Below, piece by piece: positions 1-7,900 of a stretch of DNA of 64,000 bases. The translations under genes were made by a program, and so were the position numbers. Numbering within the stretch: the first letter of the stretch is position 1; the number at the start of each line of letters is the position of its first letter. Below the pieces are notes generated by a model. The model did no database searches, was not told the DNA's origin, and saw only the letters and a list, made by a program, of their open reading frames with translations. The stretch is from Candidatus Aminicenantes bacterium. GTDB lineage: Bacteria; Acidobacteriota; Aminicenantia; Aminicenantales; JAFGBC01. The stretch spans positions 3,232,001 to 3,296,000 of the forward strand of contig OY969696.1 in NCBI GenBank assembly GCA_963702005.1, read 5' to 3'.

Positions 1-109
1 TCCGGTCGATCTGGTCCGACGACGAAGAGGCCTGGGCAGAGAGCCTCCCCGGAGCCGCGAAAAGAATAAGCGCCGTGATCAGCACGGAAGCCGTTAGCGT
101 CTTCCTCAT
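1..109 (-). CDS. Exported protein, N-terminal fragment (runs off the window edge)
   Basis: Minus strand reads MRKTLTASVLITALILFAAPGRLSAQASSSSDQIDR, a Sec signal peptide. Its ATG overlaps the waaA stop (ATGA, 106-109). Confidence 0.6.
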   Translation of the reverse strand, partial: MRKTLTASVLITALILFAAPGRLSAQASSSSDQIDR

Positions 110-1386
110 CGGCTTCTCCCTTCCATCATTTTTTCAATGGCCTGAATGGTCCGTTCCGTCGCGCCCGACATGGATGCGAGGAGAGCGGCCGCCCTCTGGC
201 CCATCTCCCGGAGCGCTTTTTCGTCCTCGAGCCGGAACATCCGGACGAGGTCCTCTTCGCTCTCAACGACGCGGGCCGCTCCATTCTTGATGAAGGCTTC
301 GGCCAAGGCCGCGAAATTCCTCGTGTACGGCCCGAAGAAGACCGGTTTTCCATAAAAAGCCGGCTCGAGAAAGTTATGCCCCCCCCAATCGACGATGCTC
401 CCGCCCACGAAGGCCGCATCGCATAAGGCATAGAAGCGGGCGAGCTCTCCGATGGTGTCCAGGATGAGGACATCCCATCTGTCGCCCGGCTTAACCACGG
501 TCCTCCTGACGCAAGCCAAAGAGAGAGATTCGGCTAGACGCTCGACCTCTCCCGCCCGCTCGGGATGGCGGGGCGCGACGATCAGAGCGGTCTCGCGGGA
601 AGTCTTCCCGGCCTCGGCGAACGCCTTGAGAAGCTTCTCCTCCTCACCTTTCCGGGTGCTCCCTGCCAGCACGACTTTTTTGGCGGGGGGAAGGCTGAGG
701 TCTTTTTTGAGACCGGCTATGTCGCGGCCGTCGAGGGCGGGAAGGTGGACCTCGGTTTTCAGGTTCCCGGCGACCTCGATTCGGGCCGGATCGATCCCGA
801 TGCCCGCGATCCTGTCTTTGTCCAGTTCGGTCTGAACGAGAAAACGGTCGACCGTGCCGAGGACGCGGCCCGTCAGAGCCTTGAACCTGAGGTATCTTTT
901 ATAGGTGCGCTCCGAGATCCGGCCGTTGATCAGGAGGACTCCTTTCGTCCGGCGCTGGGCTTCCCTGAGAAGGTTGGGCCACAGCTCGGATTCGGCCAGG
1001 ACGAGGATATCGGGCTTCAAGCGGTCGATGACGCGGCGGACCGGGCCTCGGAAATCAAGCGGGACGAAGAAGATCGGGTCGGCGTCTTTCAGTTTCTCCC
1101 TGGCTTGGCGGAGACCCGTGCCGGTCAGGGAGGAAAAGGCGATCTCCCAGCCGGGATGCCTTTTCTTGATCTCGCGGATGAGATACTGGAGAGAAAGGAC
1201 CTCCCCCACCGAAACGGCGTGGATCCAGACGGCGGGCCGGGAAGAAGTCCTTGGGGGGAGGCTGAGGCCCAGCCTCTGGCGGAGGTGAAGCTTGTCCTTC
1301 TTGATGAACCTGAGCTTGAACCAATAAAAGGGCCCGTAAAAAACCAGGGTTAGGAAGAGAAGGGACGAATATAAAGAATAAAACAC
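106..1386 (-). CDS. waaA: 3-deoxy-D-manno-octulosonic acid (Kdo) transferase
   Basis: WIHAVSVGE, ESELWPN, INGRIS, GNLK, APRHPER, DTIGEL and GGHNFLEPA motifs; N-terminal TM anchor. Likely start is GTG at 1386 (ORF track extends to 1404). Confidence 0.95.
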   Translation of the reverse strand: MFYSLYSSLLFLTLVFYGPFYWFKLRFIKKDKLHLRQRLGLSLPPRTSSRPAVWIHAVSVGEVLSLQYLIREIKKRHPGWEIAFSSLTGTGLRQAREKLKDADPIFFVPLDFRGPVRRVIDRLKPDILVLAESELWPNLLREAQRRTKGVLLINGRISERTYKRYLRFKALTGRVLGTVDRFLVQTELDKDRIAGIGIDPARIEVAGNLKTEVHLPALDGRDIAGLKKDLSLPPAKKVVLAGSTRKGEEEKLLKAFAEAGKTSRETALIVAPRHPERAGEVERLAESLSLACVRRTVVKPGDRWDVLILDTIGELARFYALCDAAFVGGSIVDWGGHNFLEPAFYGKPVFFGPYTRNFAALAEAFIKNGAARVVESEEDLVRMFRLEDEKALREMGQRAAALLASMSGATERTIQAIEKMMEGRSR

Positions 1387-1395
1387 GTCCCGTTG

Positions 1396-1424
1396 ACTAT
1401 ACAAAAATTAGGGAGCGGGGTCAA
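1396..1424 (-). promoter_or_regulatory. sigma70-like promoter of waaA
   Basis: TTGACC-N17-TATAGT on the minus strand, 9 nt before the GTG start. Confidence 0.55.
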
Positions 1425-1509
1425 ACCTCGATCATTCCCGGGAAGTGCTTCACTCCATGCGATTTCCGGAGGAGGGCCCCGAAAGCGGGAAGAAGCGGCT
1501 ATATTTCGC

Positions 1510-1538
1510 TTGCAGAGCGAGCCGAAAACTGATATAGT
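1510..1538 (+). promoter_or_regulatory. sigma70-like promoter
   Basis: TTGCAG-N17-TATAGT upstream of ORF 1600. Confidence 0.45.
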
Positions 1539-1599
1539 GCGCATCCTGGCGATTCGCCTGGGCAACCCCGGACATAAGTACGGAAAGGATTGGCCATAG

Positions 1600-1818
1600 A
1601 TGGCTGACGAAAAGAAAGACAAAAAGGACGCCGCCAAGGCTGAGCCGGCCCCTGCCGCCGAAGCCCAGAAGAAGGCCGACCGCAACCCCAAGGTCAACAA
1701 GATGACCCTGGCCGAGGTCGAAAAAAAGATCGAAGAGGTCAAAAGCGGGCAAGGCGGGCTCCTGTCCCGGTACGCCAAGCAGCTCATCCGGCGGCGCGAT
1801 TTATTGAAATCCAAATAG
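1600..1818 (+). CDS. Small Lys-rich hypothetical protein (72 aa)
   Basis: AAGGA RBS upstream, codon style of highly expressed genes, own promoter and terminator. Confidence 0.7.
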   Translation: MADEKKDKKDAAKAEPAPAAEAQKKADRNPKVNKMTLAEVEKKIEEVKSGQGGLLSRYAKQLIRRRDLLKSK

Positions 1819-1842
1819 GCCCGGGCGTCCGGATCGAGCCCT

Positions 1843-1865
1843 CGTCCCCGGAGGGACGTTTTTTT
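1843..1865 (+). terminator. Rho-independent terminator
   Basis: CGTCCC-CGGA-GGGACG hairpin followed by T7. Confidence 0.75.
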
Positions 1866-1958
1866 CACCCCGCGCCTCGTCCATTGAGGACGGGATCGCG
1901 CTTTCTTTGAGTCCCGCCCTGGCAAAGATCGGAGGGGGGCGACCCGGCTTCGCCCGGA

Positions 1959-1987
1959 TTTACATTTCAGGCAATTTTTGATAGCAT
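1959..1987 (+). promoter_or_regulatory. sigma70-like promoter of rpsO-pnp
   Basis: TTTACA-N17-TAGCAT, followed by an AAGGAG RBS. Confidence 0.5.
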
Positions 1988-2018
1988 AAGAACGAAAAAA
2001 TTAAGGAGTATAAAAAGC

Positions 2019-2285
2019 GTGAGTACGAAGGAAGACAAAACGAAGCTCATCAAGGACAACCAGGTCCATGCAACGGACACGGGCTCACCCGAGGTCCAGA
2101 TTGCCTTGATGACCGAGCGCATCAACACGCTCATCCACCATTTCGAGACCCACAAGAAGGACCAGATTTCCCGCCGGGGTCTCATGCAGGTCGTCGGACA
2201 GAGAAAGCGGCTCCTGGAGCACCTCAAGAAAGAGGACATCAAGCGCTACGAGCAGCTCATCCAGAAGCTCAACATCCGCAAGTAA
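2019..2285 (+). CDS. rpsO: 30S ribosomal protein S15
   Basis: [13 protein letters not shown]...HKKD..SRRGL...VGQRKRLL; canonical rpsO-pnp synteny. Confidence 0.98.
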   Translation: MSTKEDKTKLIKDNQVHATDTGSPEVQIALMTERINTLIHHFETHKKDQISRRGLMQVVGQRKRLLEHLKKEDIKRYEQLIQKLNIRK

Positions 2286-2309
2286 CCGTCCCCCCTCAAA
2301 GGAATCATC

Positions 2310-4535
2310 ATGTCACACATAATCAGTCTTGTCATCGGACATCGTCCCCTGACCATCGAAATCGACAAAATCGGTAAGCAGGCCGACGGCTCGGCCCTCG
2401 TCCGCTACGGCGAAACGGTCATGTTCGTCACGGCGACTTCCAAGAAGGAAGTCAAGGAGCCCAAGCCCTTCCTGCCCCTGATCGTCGATTACCGCGAGAA
2501 CACCTACGCGGCCGGGAAGATCCCGGGCGGCTTCTTCAAACGCGAGGGCCGGCCCTCGGAGCGCGAAATCCTGGTCGCCCGCCTGATCGACCGGCCCATC
2601 CGTCCCCTTTTCCCGGACGGCTACTTTTTCGACACCCAGGTTGTCGGCCTCCTCCTTTCGGCGGACCTTGAGAACGAGCCGGACACTTTGGGCGTCATCG
2701 GGGCCTCTGCGGCCCTCTATTTTTCGGACATCCCGTTCACAACGCCCCTGGGGGCGGTCAAGATCGGGATCGTTGACGACCGCTTCGTCGTCAACCCGAC
2801 CGGTCCCCAGCTCGAGACGAGCCCCCTCAACATGACCGTCGTCGGGAACGAGAAGGGGATCATCATGATCGAGACCGGCGCCCAAGAGGTCGAGGAGGCC
2901 CGGATCATCGAAGCGCTCAAGATCGCCCAGGGGCCCATCCAGGAGATTATCCGGGCCCAGAAAGCCCTGTTCGCCCAGCTCGACGTCAAAAAGCGCGAAT
3001 ACGCGGCCTTGGCCCTCGACCCCGAAAAAACGGCCCGGATCGAGGCCCAGATCGGCGGCGCCCTCAAGGAAGCCTTCCTGGCCAAGCCCAAGAAGGCCAG
3101 CGAGAATCGCCTGCGGACCATCCTCAACGACCTCGTCAAGGATATCCCCGCCGAGAACGAGGACGAGATCAAGAAAACCAAGGAGATCTATTATCAGGTC
3201 CAGAAGAAGGTCGCCCGGGACTTCATCCTCAAGGAAGGCCGCCGGCCCGACGGCCGGGCCTTCGACGAGATCCGGCCGATCACGATCGAGGTCGGGCTCC
3301 TGCCCCGGACCCACGGCTCGGCCCTGTTCACCCGGGGCGAGACCCAATGCCTGTCGACCGTGACCCTGGGGACGTTCGAAGACGTCCAACGCATCGACGG
3401 CCTGGGAGAGGACTCCGAGAAGCGGTTCATGCTCCACTACAATTTCCCGCCCTTCAGCGTCGGCGAGGTCGGCTTCCTGCGGGCGCCCGGACGGCGCGAG
3501 ATCGGCCACGGCGCGCTTGCCGAAAAGGGCATCCTGCCCGCCGTCCCCAAGGACGCCTCCTTCCCCTACACGATCCGGATCGTTTCCGACATCCTCGAGT
3601 CCAACGGCTCGTCCTCGATGGCGACCGCCTGCGGCGGCGTCCTGGCCCTCATGGACGCGGGCGTCCCCCTGTCGATGACGCCGGCCGGGATCGCGATGGG
3701 CCTGGTGACAGAGAGCGACCGGGTCGAGGAGCGCTACGTCATCCTGACCGACATCCAAGGTCTCGAGGACCACTTCGGCGACATGGACTTCAAGGTCGTA
3801 GGGACCGCGAAGGGCGTCACGGCCCTCCAGCTCGACCTCAAGGCCCCCTACATCACGATCCCCATGCTCGAGGAGGCCCTGGCCAAGGCCCGGGTCGCCC
3901 GGCTTCAAGTTCTGGAAAAGATGAAGGCCGTCCTGCCGGCGCCCCGTCCCGAGATCTCCCCCTACGCCCCACGGATCATCATCCTGTTCATCAACCCAGA
4001 GAAAGTCAGCGAGGTCATCGGACCGGCCGGCAAGATCATCAAACGGATCATCGCCACGACCAAGGCCAAAATCGACATCGAGGAAGACGGCAAGATCATC
4101 ATCGCCTCCGTCGACATGGAGGCCGCCGAGAAAGCCCGGAAGATGATCGAGGACATCACGGCCGAGGCCGAGCTGGGCAAGGTCTACAAGGGCAAGGTCG
4201 TCAGGATCGAAGAGTATGGGGCCTTCCTCGATATTCTGCCCAACGTCCAGGGCCTGCTCCACGTCTCCGAGATCGCCCACCACCGGATTCGGAGCGTCCG
4301 CGACGTCCTTAAAATGGGCGACGTCTTGGACGTCAAGGTCACCAATATCGACGAGGACGGCAAGGTCCGGCTCAGCAAGAAGGCCCTCGAGGAGCCGCCG
4401 CCCGGGACTCCCGAAGGCGAGGAATCCGCGCCGGGAACCCAGCCCTCCGGCCCCCCTCCCTATAAAAAGAGACCCTACAGCCGCGACCAAGGCAACGACA
4501 GGGGCCGCGACCGGCGTCCCCGAAACCGCTATTAA
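2310..4535 (+). CDS. pnp: Polyribonucleotide nucleotidyltransferase (PNPase)
   Basis: AAGKIPGGFFKREG, RTHGSALFTRGETQ, ESNGSSSMA and DHFGDMDFK motifs; KH and S1 domains. Confidence 0.98.
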   Translation: MSHIISLVIGHRPLTIEIDKIGKQADGSALVRYGETVMFVTATSKKEVKEPKPFLPLIVDYRENTYAAGKIPGGFFKREGRPSEREILVARLIDRPIRPLFPDGYFFDTQVVGLLLSADLENEPDTLGVIGASAALYFSDIPFTTPLGAVKIGIVDDRFVVNPTGPQLETSPLNMTVVGNEKGIIMIETGAQEVEEARIIEALKIAQGPIQEIIRAQKALFAQLDVKKREYAALALDPEKTARIEAQIGGALKEAFLAKPKKASENRLRTILNDLVKDIPAENEDEIKKTKEIYYQVQKKVARDFILKEGRRPDGRAFDEIRPITIEVGLLPRTHGSALFTRGETQCLSTVTLGTFEDVQRIDGLGEDSEKRFMLHYNFPPFSVGEVGFLRAPGRREIGHGALAEKGILPAVPKDASFPYTIRIVSDILESNGSSSMATACGGVLALMDAGVPLSMTPAGIAMGLVTESDRVEERYVILTDIQGLEDHFGDMDFKVVGTAKGVTALQLDLKAPYITIPMLEEALAKARVARLQVLEKMKAVLPAPRPEISPYAPRIIILFINPEKVSEVIGPAGKIIKRIIATTKAKIDIEEDGKIIIASVDMEAAEKARKMIEDITAEAELGKVYKGKVVRIEEYGAFLDILPNVQGLLHVSEIAHHRIRSVRDVLKMGDVLDVKVTNIDEDGKVRLSKKALEEPPPGTPEGEESAPGTQPSGPPPYKKRPYSRDQGNDRGRDRRPRNRY

Positions 4536-4569
4536 TCTGGTATAATAAGGGCAAGAGAAGGCAACGGCC

Positions 4570-5115
4570 ATGAAAGTCCGGCGCCCGGGCCGACAAGGGT
4601 TCACTCTGACCGAGATTATGGTCGTCTGCGCAGTCCTGGCCATTTTGGCCGGGGCCGCCCTGCCCGTCGCCAAGACGGCCGTCAAGCGCGAGAGGGAGAT
4701 CGAGCTCCGCCGGGACCTCCGCCTCATCCGGGACGCCATCGACGTCTACAAGCGTATGGCCGACGAGGGCAAGATCGAAATCAAGGACGAGACCAAGGGC
4801 TACCCGCCCGACCTGGAGACGCTCGTCAAGGGCGTCGAAATCCAGGAGGATTCGAGCAATCAAGGCAATCAAGGAAGCGACGAATCCGCCAATTCCGGCG
4901 ATACCGGCGATACCGGCGCATCCGAAGCCGGCAAGAAGACGATCAAGTTCCTGCGCCGCATTCCTAAGGATCCGATGACGAATTCCACGGACTGGGGGTT
5001 TCGGTCCTACCAGGACGCCCCGGACTCGACGGTCTGGGGAAAGGAGAACGTCTACGATGTTTACACTAAGAGCCAAGCCAAGGCCCTGGACGGTTCCAAA
5101 TACCGGGACTGGTGA
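4570..5115 (+). CDS. Type II secretion / type IV pilin-like pseudopilin (GspG-like)
   Basis: Prepilin cleavage/methylation site G|FTLTE; YPPDLETLV; LRRIPKDPMT; C-terminal DGSKYRDW. Confidence 0.85.
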   Translation: MKVRRPGRQGFTLTEIMVVCAVLAILAGAALPVAKTAVKREREIELRRDLRLIRDAIDVYKRMADEGKIEIKDETKGYPPDLETLVKGVEIQEDSSNQGNQGSDESANSGDTGDTGASEAGKKTIKFLRRIPKDPMTNSTDWGFRSYQDAPDSTVWGKENVYDVYTKSQAKALDGSKYRDW

Positions 5116-5536
5116 TCGGGAGGCAATCCGGCCGCGCCCCCTCCGGGGATCGCGGGGATTCACGCTGATCGAGATCATCATCGTCTTCACCCTGATCGGG
5201 ATCCTGGTCGGGATGGGCATTCCTCAGTACAAGTACGCCCGCAAGAAGAGCACCGAGGCCGTCCTCAAGGAAAACCTGTTCCAGATCCGGAAGGTCATCG
5301 ACCAGTACTTCCAGGACAAGGGCAAATACCCGGCCACCCTCCAGAGCCTGGTCGACGATCAGTATTTTCGCCGAACCCCCTTCGACCCGATGACGGGCCG
5401 ATCCGACACCTGGAGGCTGGTCCGGGAACAGCCGGCCAAGGGCGAGATCATGCCGGGACAAGAGTTCGGCGTCATGGACCTCCACTCCTCTTCGGACGAG
5501 AAAGCCATCGATGGAACCCTTTACAGCAGCTGGTAA
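5057..5536 (+). CDS. Type II secretion pseudopilin (GspG-like)
   Basis: G|FTLIE; YP.TLQSLV; P.DPMTG; C-terminal DGTLYSSW. AAGGAG lies 10 nt before ATG 5057. Confidence 0.85.
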   Translation: MFTLRAKPRPWTVPNTGTGDREAIRPRPLRGSRGFTLIEIIIVFTLIGILVGMGIPQYKYARKKSTEAVLKENLFQIRKVIDQYFQDKGKYPATLQSLVDDQYFRRTPFDPMTGRSDTWRLVREQPAKGEIMPGQEFGVMDLHSSSDEKAIDGTLYSSW

Positions 5537-6095
5537 ACGCGCCCCGGCCCGGCCGGGCCGGGACCGGGCGGCCCGCGGCTACGTCCTCATCATGCTCATG
5601 ATCGTCGTCTTCGCCCTGAGCGTCGGCGCCCTTATCGCTCTCCCCATCTGGCAGACCCAGGTCCAGCGTGAAAACGAGGAGGAGCTCATCTTCCGGGGCA
5701 AGCAGTACGTCGAAGCCGTCCGGCTTTACCAGATGAAATACCCCGGCAGTTTCCCCCAGTCGTTCGAGGAACTCGTCGAGGAAAAGTGCATCCGCCGTCT
5801 CTACAAAGATCCGATGAGCAAAGACGGCGGCTGGAACGTCATCCTCCAAACCTCAGGGCTGGAAGAGGTCCAGGAAGAGAACGCGCCCCAGAAAGTCCTG
5901 GTCGCCCCTCAGAGCGCCCTGTCCGCGATCGATCTTCCCGCGATCCTGGGCGTCGTCAGCGCCTCGACCCGGAAGTCCGTCCGCATCTACAATAAGCAGA
6001 CGAACTACGACAAGTGGCTGTTTTACTACGGCCAGGATCCCGAGAAGCTTCCCCAGATCGTGGTCTACGGCCAGGAAGAGAAGCCAAAGGACTGA
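5511..6095 (+). CDS. Minor pseudopilin (GspK-like, lacks Glu5)
   Basis: G|YVLIM hydrophobic helix; RENEEELIFRG.QY..A; IRRLYKDPM. Confidence 0.75.
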   Translation: MEPFTAAGKRAPARPGRDRAARGYVLIMLMIVVFALSVGALIALPIWQTQVQRENEEELIFRGKQYVEAVRLYQMKYPGSFPQSFEELVEEKCIRRLYKDPMSKDGGWNVILQTSGLEEVQEENAPQKVLVAPQSALSAIDLPAILGVVSASTRKSVRIYNKQTNYDKWLFYYGQDPEKLPQIVVYGQEEKPKD

Positions 6096-6105
6096 AGCCG
6101 GCGCC

Positions 6106-7239
6106 ATGACCTCCGTCCTGATCGTCGCCGGAGAGACGTCGGGGGACCGGCATGCCGCCGGGCTCGTCCGGGCCTATAAAAGGCTCGATCCCTCCGTTAG
6201 GTTCTTCGGGACGGGCGGACCGGCCCTGGAGGGCGAGGGCGTCAAGCTCCTCTACTCCGTTAAGGAGCTGGCCTTGGTCGGCGTCTTCGAGATCCTGACG
6301 GCCCTTCCCCGGGTTAAGCGGATCTTCAACCATATCGTCAGGGAATGCGAGGCGCGCCGGCCGGCCGCGGCCGTCCTGGTCGATTCGCCCGATTTCAACC
6401 TGAGGCTGGCCAAGGCCCTCAAGAAGCGCGGCGTCCCCGTCCTCTATTATATCAGCCCCACGGTCTGGGCCTGGCGCCGGAGCCGGCTCAGGACCGTCAA
6501 GGCCAACGTCGCGAAAATGCTCCTTATCTTCCCGTTCGAAACCGAAATCTATCGCGAAGCGGGCATCCCCGCCTCCTATATCGGCCATCCCTTGATCGAA
6601 AGGATCAAGGTCGAGCTCGGACGCGAGGCGTTCGCGCGGAAGTTCGGCCTCGACCCGAAGAAGCGGATCCTGACGCTGCTCCCCGGCAGCCGGCGGAGCG
6701 AGTTGAGCTTCCACATACCCGTCCTGGCCGAAGCCGCCGCCCGTCTACGGGATGCCCTCGGCGCCCAACTCGTCCTGGTCCTGGCCAAGAACCTCGAGGA
6801 GGAATTCCTGAGGTCGCTCCTTCCGCCGGGCGGAGTGGACGCGCTGACCGTCATCCGGACCCGAGCCTACGAAGCCATGGCCGCCTCCGACCTCGTCCTC
6901 TCTTCCTGCGGAACGGCAACGCTCGAAGCGGCCCTGGTCGGGACGCCGCTCGTCGCCTTCTACCGGATCTCGCCCCTCAGCTATTTCTTTGGCCGTCCCT
7001 TTGTCCGGGCCAAGCAGTATTGCATCGTCAATATTCTGGCCGGAAAGACCGTCGTCCCCGAACTCATCCAGAAGAAATTCACGGCCGACAACCTGGTTGC
7101 GGAGACGCGGCGCCTCCTCGATTCCGAGGAAGAGCGCGCGCGAATGAAGACGGCCTTCGCCGAGATCCGCTCCCTGCTCGGCACGGAAAAAGCCTCAACG
7201 AACGCCGCCCGGGAACTAGCCGCCCTCCTCAAACGGTAG
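6106..7239 (+). CDS. lpxB: Lipid-A-disaccharide synthase
   Basis: AGETSGD, DSPDFN, YYISPTVWAWR, IFPFE, GHPL, LLPGSRRSE, GTATLE and PELIQ motifs. Confidence 0.96.
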   Translation: MTSVLIVAGETSGDRHAAGLVRAYKRLDPSVRFFGTGGPALEGEGVKLLYSVKELALVGVFEILTALPRVKRIFNHIVRECEARRPAAAVLVDSPDFNLRLAKALKKRGVPVLYYISPTVWAWRRSRLRTVKANVAKMLLIFPFETEIYREAGIPASYIGHPLIERIKVELGREAFARKFGLDPKKRILTLLPGSRRSELSFHIPVLAEAAARLRDALGAQLVLVLAKNLEEEFLRSLLPPGGVDALTVIRTRAYEAMAASDLVLSSCGTATLEAALVGTPLVAFYRISPLSYFFGRPFVRAKQYCIVNILAGKTVVPELIQKKFTADNLVAETRRLLDSEEERARMKTAFAEIRSLLGTEKASTNAARELAALLKR

Positions 7240-7386
7240 CTTCGTTTTTTCCTGGTTGAGGTTTAGCTCGTCAAAGCTATATTTTGATAATAGGACCCGA
7301 GCCTCGCCGGCGCGGGAGTCAACGCGGGGGATTCCAAGCGGACGACAAATCGGATACTATGGCTCCGGCCGTTATGGGAGGCGCCG

Positions 7387-7731
7387 ATGGACACGAATGC
7401 CTGGATCAAAGATTTTCCGGGAGCGGTGACGGTCTGCGATGCGGAAGGCCGGATCGTTGCCATGAACGACCGAGCGCTTGAGGTATTTGCGGCCGACGGC
7501 GGGGCGAAGCTCATCGGCACCGATATTCTCGACTGCCACCCCGAACCGAGCCGGTCGAAACTCAAGGGGATGATGGACGAACGCCGAACGAACGTTTACA
7601 CTATTCAGAAGAGCGGGAAGAAAAAGCTGATCTTCCAGGCTCCTTGGTTCGTGAAAGGGACCTACGCCGGTTTCGTCGAGCTGTCGCTCGAAATCCCGTG
7701 GGAGATGCCCCACTTCAATCGCGACAAATAA
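7387..7731 (+). CDS. Stand-alone PAS-domain protein
   Basis: AVTVCD.EG.I..MN...LIG.DILDCHP PAS pattern; GGAGG RBS. Confidence 0.75.
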   Translation: MDTNAWIKDFPGAVTVCDAEGRIVAMNDRALEVFAADGGAKLIGTDILDCHPEPSRSKLKGMMDERRTNVYTIQKSGKKKLIFQAPWFVKGTYAGFVELSLEIPWEMPHFNRDK

Positions 7732-7900
7732 AATAACGATACAAGATCACATCTACCGCGTCGTGAATTGAGTTCCCTCCGGACTGAATCCGCCAAATCC
7801 CGGCAGGTCGGCGGACTATCCCCCGGTCATAATTATATTGCAATAAAAAAAAGGAATCCTATACTATTCGTTGGTAATGAAACAACGGAGGTTATTATCC

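Noticed and set aside
1537-1599. Short frame VRILAIRLGNPGHKYGK resembling the N-terminus of peptidyl-tRNA hydrolase
   Set aside because: Only 20 codons, lacks TRHN, and overlaps the predicted -10 box; probably coincidence.
1866-1958. GC-rich hairpins before rpsO as a riboswitch or S15 leader
   Set aside because: They lie upstream of the predicted rpsO promoter, and I recognise no riboswitch consensus (c-di-GMP-I included).
2313-4739. Long antisense and alternative-frame ORFs (e.g. 2313-4739, 20212-21843, 23828-26506, 45631-46797, 56633-58603)
   Set aside because: Shadows of real genes caused by high GC3; they have no motifs and lie opposite well-supported CDSs.
7732-7900. Cobalamin or TPP riboswitch upstream of the TonB receptor
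   Set aside because: No B12-box or TPP core is seen, and the predicted leader is only ~30 nt.
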